Positions 1-11,063 of a DNA stretch of 64,000 bases are shown in pieces. Below the pieces are notes generated by a model. That model was not told the origin of the DNA. It ran no database searches and was given only the letters and a program-made list of their open reading frames with translations. Position numbers and translations under genes: made by a program. The stretch spans positions 124,001 through 188,000 of the forward strand of contig CDMY01000929.1 in assembly GCA_001179505.1 (NCBI GenBank), given 5' to 3'. Source of the DNA: Vitrella brassicaformis CCMP3155 (lineage: Eukaryota > Protista > Chromerida). Each line of letters starts with the position of its first letter. Within the stretch, counting starts at the first letter, position 1.

Positions 1-2048
1 CGGACGCAGGAGAGGGCCAAGCCACGCGAGAACCCGCCCCCACAGCTCCTTATGTTCGCCAACACAAAGGTGCACAGGGCAGAAGGGGTGGCAGTCGATT
101 CAGGCGTGATGTCTTCGCAGGAGCTGATACTTGTGTACGTGACTCCTCCGGCGAGCAGCAGGAACCGTGCCTTCGTCGAGTGGGCTGGGCGTCATGATGT
201 GGCCACTGAGCCAGTCATTCGGGTAACGCCCCCCACACACACAAAGCACGCCGCCCTTTCATGTGTGCTCATACAACGACAGGTGTGGGATTTGAGGACT
301 GCTCAGTACCGTGCAACCATCTACTTGTCGCCCCCTGCAGCCAGACCTGCTCAGCCGTCTCCCCCCGCCAGGCGTCCCGCCAGCGCTCCCGCTGCAGCTG
401 TCGCAGCGCTCCCCGTCGCACCCGTCACCCAATCAGCACCAGCCAACACGGCAGACAACCAAAAAGGTGAGATAAGTGACAAGGAAACCAATCAAACGGC
501 TGCTGTTTGCCCGTGTGAATTCATCGATTCACCGTTGCCTTTGCTGCTGTCTCTCAGCGTCGCAAGAGGCCGACCAGCCGATGGACGAGGAGCCAGAAGA
601 GGAGGACGACAGCTTTGCAGCCGCTGTGGGGACCGGCGCTTTCAATGGCCACTATTTCTCACAAGACCGGCAGTGCGAGCCGCCCCAGGAGTTCTTCTGC
701 TGGCAGGATACCCTCATGCTCAGCTGCCACATTGGACTGGTGATCTGGAACGTCACCAATGCCGACCGCATCGAGCTGTCGCGAAAGCTGGAGATGAGTA
801 GGTTTCCGACCAGTCTGCCGTCCCCCGATCCCCCTACTGCTGCCCCTGCCAATCCCCCTCCCCCTCCGCCTCCCGCAGTCCCTGCTCCCCCTGCAGCCCC
901 TGGCACTCTCATCCCCCCCTGGGGAGCGGGAGCCGCCTTCATCTGGCCCCCCATTGGGCCGCAGCCACCGCCATGGGCGCAGGGACCATGGGTGCAGGGA
1001 CCCTTCCCCCCACCGCCTGCAAAGTTGTACGTCACGTGGTACACGAATGAGCTGGTAAGGGGTAGGAGACAAGGCGACATGACCGCCATGCAGGTGTTTC
1101 TTGCTGCGATGCCTGCAGATTGGTTTCTATTTGGATACGATGCCGGATTTGTACGTGTACAACTTTCGAGAGGCTGATGACGACAACGGTGAAGCTGAGA
1201 GGAAGATGCTGCGGCTGCAGCGACACACAGAGCCCATCATCGGCGTGTGTGTCATTGATCATCCATTCAAGACCACACAACAGGACGTCTGGTACGCAAT
1301 GCCCGACGCACAGCTGAGGCTTCTCGTCGATGCATGTGGATCTCTTCTGTCTCTGACCATCAGGGTAGACGAGCTCTACTGTTTCTCCATGGACCGCAGT
1401 GGCCTCGTGTGCGTGTGGGACAGCTCCCAGAACTTCGCCTGTGTGCGGGAGATCAACACAGGCCTCGCGCAGGTGGCCTTCTCCATCACAGCCGGGCCTC
1501 AGCACCTGCTCATCCTATCTGAAGACACTCACCACCCGTAAGCGTCCGCACGAGCCACCGACAAACGAATGAGGTACCCACCACACAAACACGGTCTGCA
1601 CGTGCCATGGCGTGTCTTGCCAGGTTCATCGAAGACGTGAACGTGCACATCTACACAATCTCTCACGAGCGCAGGCAGCGAGACGGCCGCACAACATGGG
1701 AGCTGGCCATCACCGAGATGCCTGGCCCAGCTCCGCGCGTTGACCCGCAAGCATCCCTGGTCAGCACACACACAAGCATGTGTCGTCTGCGACGTGTAGC
1801 TCGTTCTTTTTTCCCTTGTGTCATCGATGCAGGCGTACATGTTCGACTCCTCGTACGTCCACGTGTCGTCCAGGGAGGGCAACAGCCACGGGTGCAACTA
1901 CTCCATCTACCGTCTGAGCGACTGGGAGAAGGTGGCCCAGCTCAACGACTGCCTCGTCCACGATGCGTGGGTCTTCTGGAAATGGATACAGGTGCTGGCG
2001 GACGGCACCATGGGCGTCTTCGACTATCGACAGATCTGCTGTGGCTGA
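1..2048 (+). CDS. 5'-partial multi-exon WD40/beta-propeller-like protein with a Pro-rich insert
   Basis: Phase-consistent GT-AG splicing (e.g. intron 1055-1118) joins the peptides VWDLRT, LYVYNFRE...LQRHTEPIIGVCV, GLVCVWDSSQNFACVREI and MGVFDYRQICCG-stop. These are WD-like strand motifs. The start lies upstream of the window. Confidence 0.5.
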
Positions 2049-2244
2049 GCTCAGTGCCTGACGTGCATGTGATTGGTGTGACCTATCGATTTGACTTCGA
2101 AGAATTAATCGCACAAGAATTTGACGCACATGGTGGTACTTGGAGTGGTAGCACATCGCCTGCCGATCGCATCGCCCCCAAAGCGCTGGATAAGCGCGCA
2201 GGTCACTGCTGCCTGAGTTGATTCCCCAGCTTCTTGATGCTTGA

Positions 2245-3865
2245 ATGAACAGCGCTCCCTTATTGACGCCCCCGCTGTCGAACCAAGTCAAGGCAAAGCA
2301 TCCGTCTCGGCGTTTGTCCTCGCTGACGCGATGCCGTTATCGCCGGTTTTCTGGACATTCATCGGCCTCTCTCTGACCAGGGCCACTACGAATGGAGAAG
2401 ACCGGCCACTGCAGAGGAGCGGGTCGGACGCTCATCGACACATTGCAAGAATCCACAAGTTCGGTCTGGGGCGCAAGGGCCCTCACCAGTGGTCGTCCCG
2501 GAGACCGTCACCTCGCATCAGCAGCTCAGCAAGCGAGGCCGATCACACGATGGTCCTTCACTTGCTGCCCGGTCTAGCGCCCGACCACCTCCTCCCTCCC
2601 CTCCCCATGTCTCTGCACGAGACAAACCACTCCGCCCACACCGCCACAAACGATCGGCGACGGCTCAGGAGGCCGCTGACGCTCCCCTGCCCTGCAGCAG
2701 GCCTGAGATTGAAGAGGAGCTCCCCAGCCTTCCAGGGAAACCTGAGGAAAAGAAAAAGGAAGGCGACAAGAAGGCTGAAGGGCCAGCTGAGGAGAAGAAG
2801 TCGCCCGAGGAGGCGGGCAAGACGAAGATCCAGCCTGACAGCGACTCCAACGGCAACGAGAGGCTGTGTGGCGTGTACGAGCTGGGTTGTGTGGCTGAGG
2901 CGGGCGACACGGGGACGCTGGTGGAGTCGCGCAAGACGACCGAGTGGTACCACAAGAACGGCGTCATGCGTGAGTGGGACAGGTACTACTCCAACGACGA
3001 GGGCAGAAAATGCAACGTCAAGGACATCGATGCAGGTACACGCCCAACAGACAGACAGGCAACACACGGGAGACACGGAAAGAGTAAGGACGATGTTCGT
3101 TCGTTCGTGGTGGTTCCCTGATTCCTCTCTCTGCCAGATTTGGTCATGTGGGCCAGCTACAATGTGTTGGCTGAGACGACGGCGGAAAATCAGGGGAGTG
3201 AGTTCAAAGTCAGATACGTGTGGCGCTCTATCGAGGTAACAAGACAAGAGCGAAACACATAATTGTGCCGGCCATTCATCCTCGTCGGTGTCTCCATCAG
3301 CTGACGCCCTACCAGGACGATCGTGTCACACATCTGCAGGAGAAGTGCGCCTGTCCTGACCAGCTCAAGCCATGGGCCAACGGCAAGACACAGCAGATCG
3401 TACGCAGTCCTGCATCCACACAAGAGACATTCAATCTTTCTCTTCTGTGTGAGTATGTGCGTGGGCAGGCCCGCTGTGACCCTGCTGGTTGCGAGATGCT
3501 CAAGCGACTGTGTGTGGAGCAGTACAACGGCAAGTGCAGCCTCACCGTCACGCTCAGGGTCTTCAGCAAGGACAGCAAGAAAGTCATGGAAAGGCTCAAC
3601 CAGGTAGAGAAAGACTTAACAAAGACGCCTTGCCTAAACAACAATGTCTCTCTTTCTGTGCTGACAGTTCGGTGATATTCCTAAGAACGAGTCAAGTCTG
3701 CCGGCCAAGCTGCTGATGGAGCAGAAGAAGAACTGCGAAGAACTGGACGGAAGGCTGTGTCCTGGAGGCGGCGCGATCGGCAAACATGGTGGTGGTGCGC
3801 ATGCAGGTGTGTTGGTGGCTTTGTTAGTCATGTTGTGCCACTGGGTCATTTCAGCTGTAGAGTGA
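2245..3865 (+). CDS. Hypothetical Cys-containing protein with a hydrophobic C-terminal tail (possible GPI-anchored surface protein); 5' end uncertain
   Basis: Exons encode ERLCGVYELGCV...MREWDRYY, QEKCACPDQLKPW, ARCDPAGCEMLKRLCVEQYNGKCS and a last exon ending GGGAHAGVLVALLVMLCHWVISAVE-stop at 3865. Confidence 0.45.
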
Positions 3866-4443
3866 GAGAGACGTGTGGTTGCTTGGTCGCTTGGTTGCTT
3901 GGTTGGTTGTTAGGGTATGCAAAGATTGAGAAATTTCTCCACATTGCCAAATTTGTCCATTTATTTGTCCTCACACATTGCATTGGTGCGATTCCTCGAT
4001 TTCATCCACGAAGAGAGAAGGCAGCCAGTCGGTCCTCTTTCTCATTCACACACGCAGCCCTTTCCGGGCTCGAGCATGCATGTCGGTCAGGCGATGTCCC
4101 TCACTCACCCCATCCTATACACACACGCACCCACTTCCTCAGTGCAGCGACAGCCACAAATACCACACCCTCACAAGAAAACACACTGGGTGCTGTAGAG
4201 CAGTCAGGCATCGAATTTAGGGAAATACAGCAGCCAGCCAGCCGCGCAAACCGAATCAAGGGAGCGCAGCTACCGGGAAGGAAAAAAAGGAGCGAGAGAG
4301 AGAGAGAGAGAGAGCTTCAAGACAGGGCGGCAATCACTCACACACAGTAGGGATTGTCTGTACTGTCTGTCCACGCGTCTGCCTCTCCTCGCATCCCCGG
4401 GTGTGCAATGCATGCGCATGACATACATGTGTAGGTATCCTCT

Positions 4444-4523
4444 ATTGACCTTCCAGTAGCGACTCACATCCGCCAGGGATGGTACCATCCCTGGCGGATG
4501 TGACTCGCTGGTGGAAAGTCAAT
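4444..4523. repeat. 80-bp palindrome with a perfect 40-bp core (4464-4503)
   Basis: TCACATCCGCCAGGGATGGTACCATCCCTGGCGGATGTGA is perfectly self-complementary. With the flanks, 36 of 40 positions pair Watson-Crick. Confidence 0.9.
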
Positions 4524-5235
4524 GAAGAATGCCGACACGTGTGACGCATTGCCCCCACCATGAATGAATCCTGCGGCTCTGGTGGCGATCTGTGTCTTGT
4601 CGCGCATTTCAGGGTTCTTGGCCAGCCACGTGCCGATGTACTTCTCAGTCAGCCATGAGTGTGCTGGGCAGTCGGCGCCAGATAAAACTCTGCACACGCG
4701 GGAAGACAAAGAAAAAACTAAGAAAACATGCACTCCATCACCCCTTTCCTTGATGGCGCAGCCGAGCTGTGCGTCCGCCTCACCTCATTGCTCTGACTCC
4801 TCCCCAGGTCATCGTACCAAGACTGACGCACACACATACACACACCGTTAACGAAGAGGGGTGAATGCATCATTCTGATCACTTGCCAAACAGGTGAGGT
4901 GTGACCATCATATCGCTGAAGCCAAGCCGCCAGCCCCCGCTTCTGTGCAGATGAAGACGGCGGTGAGCTCCTGGTCTGTGCGAGTCGCCTCAGCGGGCTG
5001 ATGAACGCAGAGGGGAGGGCCAGGCACGGCGGCAGCTAGGCCAACCACCATGACCAGCGTGAGCACCGCTCAGCAGCAGTTGCCAAAAAGCTCGCAGCGA
5101 TCCGGAGCTTCCCCTCTGTTGTCTTTGTTTCGTCGCGTGAGGCATTTCTCTGGCATACATAAGCGTGATTGTATCAGCGTCTGTCGCGTTCAAGTGTTGG
5201 TTGAGGAGAAATCTGTGAATCGAGGCATAGCGGCA

Positions 5236-5515
5236 ATGGACGAGTCGGAGTTGCAGCAGAACGGGCCTGCCGAGGCAGGACCCGCAGAGGCAGACGCAGA
5301 GGTACGCCAGGTGCACGGACGAGCGATAGAGCGCATGATGCGGTGCACCGTAGATCATCCGATGACGACGCGTGTGTGTATGTGTGTGCAGGAGATGAAG
5401 GCGATGTTTGGCAAGAAGAAGAAGAAGGGAACCAAGAAGAAAAAGGCCGACGATGAAGGTATGTGGGCGGACACCGACCAAAAATGCCGCGGAGCGCCGT
5501 CATGCTTGGTGTCCC

Positions 5516-5551
<36 letters not shown>

Positions 5552-5927
5552 GTTGTACAGCTGCCGACCAGAAGGCCGAGGAGTTTGTTGATGGGTCTGG
5601 CCAGCCATTCGTCAAGGGCAAACTACACCCATACAGCTTCGTAAGCTCACCACGCCACACATCCGGATGACTGACTTGTGTGCATCCAATGTGCCTGTGT
5701 GCGTGCGTGTCCTTCAGTTGCTGTCTCGGCTGTACGAGCGCATCAATGAGTCGAATCCCGAGTTGGGTCAGCGGAAGCGGTACACTCTCAAGCCGCCCCA
5801 GGTGGTGCGGGTCGGCTCCAAGAAGGTCGCGTGGATCAACTTCGCTGAAATATGCAAAATGTACGCCGCAGCCACTCGTGCACCCCACCGACACGTCACG
5901 CGTGAGCTGAGTCATTCCTGACTGTCT

Positions 5928-5965
<38 letters not shown>

Positions 5966-6371
5966 CAGGATGAATCGTAGCCAGGACCACGTGAACCAGT
6001 TTGTGTTGGCTGAGTTGGGTACGGAGGGGTCGGTGGCGGGCGACGACCAGCTGGTGCTCAAGGGCAAGTACGGGCCCAAACACATGGAGAGCCTCCTCAG
6101 GAAATACATCGGTGAGTCTGTCTGTGGCCACAGACACCTCACCACACACATGTACCCGACACAACCACTTGTGTGTGTCGATTGATCAGACGAGTACGTC
6201 AAGTGTCACATGTGCAAGAGTCCCAACACGGCTCTGCAGCGCGACGCCGCCACCCGGCTGTACACCCTCATCTGCTACAACTGCACCGCACAGCGAACCG
6301 TCTCACAAATCAAGTCGGGATTCCACGCAGTGGCCAGGGGAGAGAGGAAAAAGGCCAAGGCAGCCACATAG
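5236..6371 (+). CDS. EIF2S2: Eukaryotic translation initiation factor 2 subunit beta
   Basis: Six exons. Lys boxes (GKKKKKGTKKKK), then LLSRLY...LKPPQVVRVGSKKVAWINFAEIC, FVLAELGTEGS...LVLKGKY and a C-terminal Zn ribbon YVKCHMCKSPNT...LICYNC. Confidence 0.95.
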
Positions 6372-6732
6372 GAAGCCACCTACCTTACCTGGCCGGGCAG
6401 GGGCGGGGGAGGGAGGGGAGGGAGGGAAACAGATGTGGTTCGTTTGCTGAGTGTCGGTGGTCGGTTGGTTGAACTTGGTTGTGGTTGTGATGGTCGTGAC
6501 TGCTTCATTTTTGAATGCTTATATATGAATGACATCCGTCTGTCTGTCTGACTGTCTGTCTGTCTGACTGTCTGTCTGTCTGTCTGTCTGCATTGGTGCG
6601 GTTGGTAGACGTCACTGGGCTGACTCTCTTGTGCATCCATCGTGATCCGTGAACCTAAGAAGAATTCGTACCCAGCTTCACTCCGCTGGCTTTAGGGAAA
6701 GTCGGCGGGCGTCAAACGCACCTCAATTGAGG

Positions 6733-8275
6733 ATGAAGGAAGAGGCCCAATTCTGTTCAATCAGAGGGTTGGTTGTGGCGGATACATATAGGATTGTACA
6801 CAAGATTGGAGAGGACGGGTAAGAAGATGTCCTGAAGCCGCGCATGTGTGACTCGTCAACTGCTGCCATGCAGATGCGGAACGATATACCGGGCCGAAGA
6901 CATCGCAACCAAGGAGGATCTCAGACTCAAGAAGCTAGACAAGTGAGGCGGGCAGACAGGCAGGCAGGCTGCACGCCCTTGCATGAGCATTTCTGGCTAT
7001 TTCTCCCTCAGAGAAGACTTTGATGCGGGTGTCAAAGAGGTCTACAGACGCCTGCGCGAGGCGAGACACCCCAACGTCGGCAGGATCCACGAGGTGGGTT
7101 AAAACAAAGGGGGACCAGGGCAGGGCCAGTCATTCATCGCATCCAGGCGGCCTGTTTGTGTCGTTGGTCAGTTTATTGAGGAGGAGGATTGCTACTGGGT
7201 GGTGATGGAGCTCATCCATGGAGAGGCGGCCGAGCACTTCATCTGTGAGGTGGATCACATGGAGGACTGCACGCCCATCCCTGCAGACGATTTCTGGAAG
7301 ATCGTCGATGGGGTCCTCAAGGGCCTCGAATACGTCCATGCGGATCCGGATATCATGGTGAGCGATTCATCCTCCATCCCCTGGACACACTGCACGGTGG
7401 TTGGTTGTCTGTCTGCCTGCAGGTATACCATCGTAACGTGACGGCCGACAATGTGATGATCACCTTCACGGAAGCCAATCAGCTGGAGAGTGTCCAGTTG
7501 ATTGACTTTGAACTCTGCCATGACATCCCCGACAACAGCATGGATGGGCTGGGAGAGGACGACGTCCCCGTGGGCACACGGGGCTACAAGGTGCGCACCA
7601 CACCGCACCCAATCCACCACCCAACAGACAGACAGATGGGCGCCCGTGTGTCTGTGTGTGTCGTTTGTCAGGCACCCGAGTTGTATGCTGGCAGGTTCGA
7701 CCAGCGATCTGACCTGTTTGCTGTGGGCGTCATAGCGTACGCAGAGCAGAGCACAGCACACGAAGGCCGGCCGCATACGAGCATATGTGTGTGTGTGTGT
7801 GTGTGAATTTGGTTGCTGCAGGTGGCGGCTGATAACGCACAAGTGGCCGTATTATTTGACCCACAGGATGGCGGAGGAGATGGACAACGACAAGATCCGG
7901 GAGACCATCACCGAACAGCTGCAGGAGAGCCTCAGCTTCCAGGTGGGCAGGGCCATGGGCCCTGTATAGACGGACGGACGGCCGCATTGGACAGCCAGGT
8001 CAACCGCTCATTCATATGCGCTCTCCTTCTGTCTGTTGACTGATTGATTGTGTCAGTGTGGTTGGGTGCTGACCAGCCTGGCCATGTACCCGGGGGCCTC
8101 CTCTCTGCTGAAACTGCTGCTCGCCCCCGACCCCAACGACAGGGCGGCCTCAGGTCAGTCTTTGTCAGACAGCCATACAGACAGCCCATCTGTGTGCGTG
8201 TGTCTCTCTTGTTCAGCAAGTGAGGCATTGCGGCACCTGGCTGACGTCAGGCCCTGCAGCACAGCACCTAGCTGA
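6733..8275 (+). CDS. Ser/Thr protein-kinase-like protein, probable pseudokinase
   Basis: Spliced subdomains are IGEDGCGTIYRA (Gly loop), LRLKK, HPNV, WVVMELI, YHRNVTADNVMI, LIDFE, GTRGYKAPE, SDLFAVGVI and LLAPDPNDR. Confidence 0.85.
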
Positions 8276-8682
8276 GCAAGAATGATACTAGGTGTCGTGT
8301 CGGCAGCGATGCGGGGCAGGGCAGTGGATGGAGATGGGGAGGAGGGGGCCTGACCTGACCTGACCTGTTGGGGTGGGCGGGTGGGTGCGATGCAGCTTAC
8401 TTGCATGGTCTGCTATACATACGTTGGTTGCATAGCTCCCCCCCATGTGTGTGTGTACATAGCTGACTCATCACATCGGCCATTGCAGACAAAGGCAATC
8501 AATACTCAGCTCGACGGCCAACCACACAGAACCCTCCCTGGTACATCTACCTACATCTGGAACACACACAACAGTTCCAGGCAGCAGGGTTTCAACCCAA
8601 AGGGTTTCTGAGCTGAAGAGTCCCCCCTGATTCGTTGGAGTCTGTGAACGAAGAGCGAAGGGTGAAAAGTCCTCCATGCAGA

Positions 8683-10617
8683 ATGGCTGCCTTTCTTACC
8701 CTGTTTGGCATGGGTTCGGGTGGCCCCAGGAAGGCAGAGGGGGAGAAGAGCAAGAGCAAGGGCAAGCCAACCGTGGAGGACATCTACACGAAATACACGG
8801 ATCCGAGGCTGCCTCCGGAGGGCCATAGCAAGATCGATGTGGACACGGCCAGGTGAACACAGCGGAGGACGGAGAAAGAGATCAAGGAGCTGGTCACATA
8901 CCTGCACAGGGTCATCTCAGGTGAGAGGGTGGCTGGTGGAGGGATGCGGCCTGAATTTCAGTGCAGAACGCTAATTCGGTCCATTGTGGCTCTCTGTGCA
9001 CTCACTCAGGCAATCCCCACCTGAAGACCCGTGTCGAGCTGTTCTACCCGTCGGCAGTGCTGCAGAGGCAGCTACTGGGGCTCATCTGCGCCAACATTCC
9101 CCGTAAGCGCAATCCCATTGGACAAGATGAAGAGGCCTCAGAGAGCGAGGAGGAAGAAGAAGAGGAGAGGAAGAAGAAAAGACGTCGGTCAACGAAGCGG
9201 AGGAAGTCGGTGCAGGACGAGTGTGTTCTGTGGATGGGCCCCCTCACCAAACGAGGAGACATCGCAGCGTGCCGAATCTGGCTGCCCGGTAGACCTGATT
9301 GGGCCACCACACCACTGCACACTTGCCTGCCTGAGTGTATCTTGTGTCGGCGCTGCTGCAGAGGTGTATGACCCCTGGATCACCTACACGAATCGCGTGA
9401 TGGTGTACTGCTTTGGGGATCTCACGGACCCCAAGCCCCACGACAAGATGCATCAGATGCCCTTCTACGCCCTCGTGGGTGACCCCAAGAAGCCATTCGC
9501 CATGAGATGTGGAAACCCGAGGTTAGCCTACATGACTGCTGCACAAAGACACACGGAGACATGCTTTGGTCTGTCTGTCTGTCTGCAGGTGTGTTCGTCT
9601 GAGCCACGTTGTGTACCGTCCCGATGACCCTTGGCTCAAGAGGGGCGCCAGAAAAAAATCTAAACGAAAGCGGAGAAGGCCATCGGCCGGACGGCAGGTG
9701 GGTGAGGTGGTGGGCAAAGAAATGGGCAAGAAACAACACCAAGTACCTTTTCCAACAATGTCAATGTCACCTTGTGTGGTGCAGCGTTTTGTTCCGGTCC
9801 GGTCGCCGTCTGCATCAGAGTTCTCAGCAACAGAGGAGGAGGAGGAGGAGGAGGAGCAGGAGGAGCAGGAGGAGGAAGAAAAGGACAAAGGAGAGGAGCT
9901 GTCCGCCTTCTCAGCTTCCGAAAGAACTGAGGAGGAGTCAGTCGGTTTCAAAGCGATCGAGGAAGGACAAGGACAAGAAGAAGAAGAAGAAGAAGAAGCT
10001 GAGGAGGAAGAGGCAGCTGAGAGTTCGGCCTTCTCTGAGACGGAGGCCGAGAAGTTCCCAGAGGAAGCTGAGGAGGAACGTCTGGCGGCGGCTGAGCCTG
10101 AACTAGCAGAGGGTGAAGGGGAGGGGGAGGCGATCGTTCCGCCAGAGGCGCCACAGGGGTTGGAAGAAGAACCTGCAGCTGGGGAGATCCCCACAGAGCC
10201 TGTGGAAGTGGCCAAGGAAGGCCCAGCAGCCGCAGCAGCAGCAGCAGCAGAGACCAAGGAAGACCTGTCTGTCTCGGGTTTCTCGGAAGAGGTGACGACT
10301 CAAGCCCCGTGTCTCCTGCTGCTGCTGCTGCTGGTGCTGAGCCATCCCCCTTGGCGGCTGCTGCCGTCGCTGCTGAGGAGGTCTCTTCACTGTCGGTGTC
10401 GTTGTTCAGCGAAGAGGAGGGCTCTGAGGCAGAGGCGCCACCGCCACAACGAGAAGAGATGCCCCCTGCACTGGTGACTGCGCGGCGAGCGCAGAATGTC
10501 CCCATGCGCATCTGCTACAGTTGTGGGCAGCCGCGCGACGCGCATCACCCAAGCTGCCCGGCTGTGAGAAGGCTCAGGGCATTGCAAAACTCGAAGCTGG
10601 TGCAGACCGCCCGGTGA
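8683..10617 (+). CDS. Protein with a degenerate His-Me-finger/HNH-like Zn domain, acidic low-complexity tail and C-terminal CxxC...H...C motif; carries an in-frame TGA (8854) and an apparent frameshift (~10305)
   Basis: The spliced peptide reads CVLWMGPLTKRGDIAACRIWLPEVY...NRVMVYCFG...FAMRCGNPRCVRLSHV. It has basic NLS-like runs (RKKKRRRSTKRRK), an E-rich region and a terminal CYSCGQPRDAHHPSC. Confidence 0.55.
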
Positions 10618-11063
10618 TCGATCGGTCTGTGGGGGTTGTGTGGTGTTGGTGTTGGGACGCCTGCATGGCATGGGTGCTGGACTACCTGCGTGTGTGTCCG
10701 TTGGTGGACATACCATACATAGGGGACGAATCTGTCGGGGGGGCAGATGCGAGCGTTGAATGGAATGCCGTGCAGAAAAGATCTGACATTGACATTTACA
10801 CAGCAGGAGTCACTCACAGCGACCCCACCCGCACCAATGCACACACACACACGCAAAACATGAAGGGCATCAATTGTCTCGCCCCACTACTTACACTACT
10901 TACAACAACATCTACTCGAAGACCCTCTACGTCGAGGATCAACAGAGAGGGGGGCTCATGAGGGTTCGTCAGGCGTCGGGAGGCGTCAATCATCGCATGG
11001 CTCGACAGACACAACACACATCAGGCCGCACACCGGTCATAGATGCTCTGCAGATGCCGTCAC

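Noticed and set aside
1055-1177. Apparent frameshift between overlapping ORFs 476-1177 and 1101-1541
   Set aside because: It is resolved by a normal 64-nt GT-AG intron (1055-1118) in phase 0.
8854-8856. Selenocysteine interpretation of the in-frame TGA
   Set aside because: There is no redox-type CxxU context and I could not identify a SECIS-like element. An intron or nonsense explanation is simpler.
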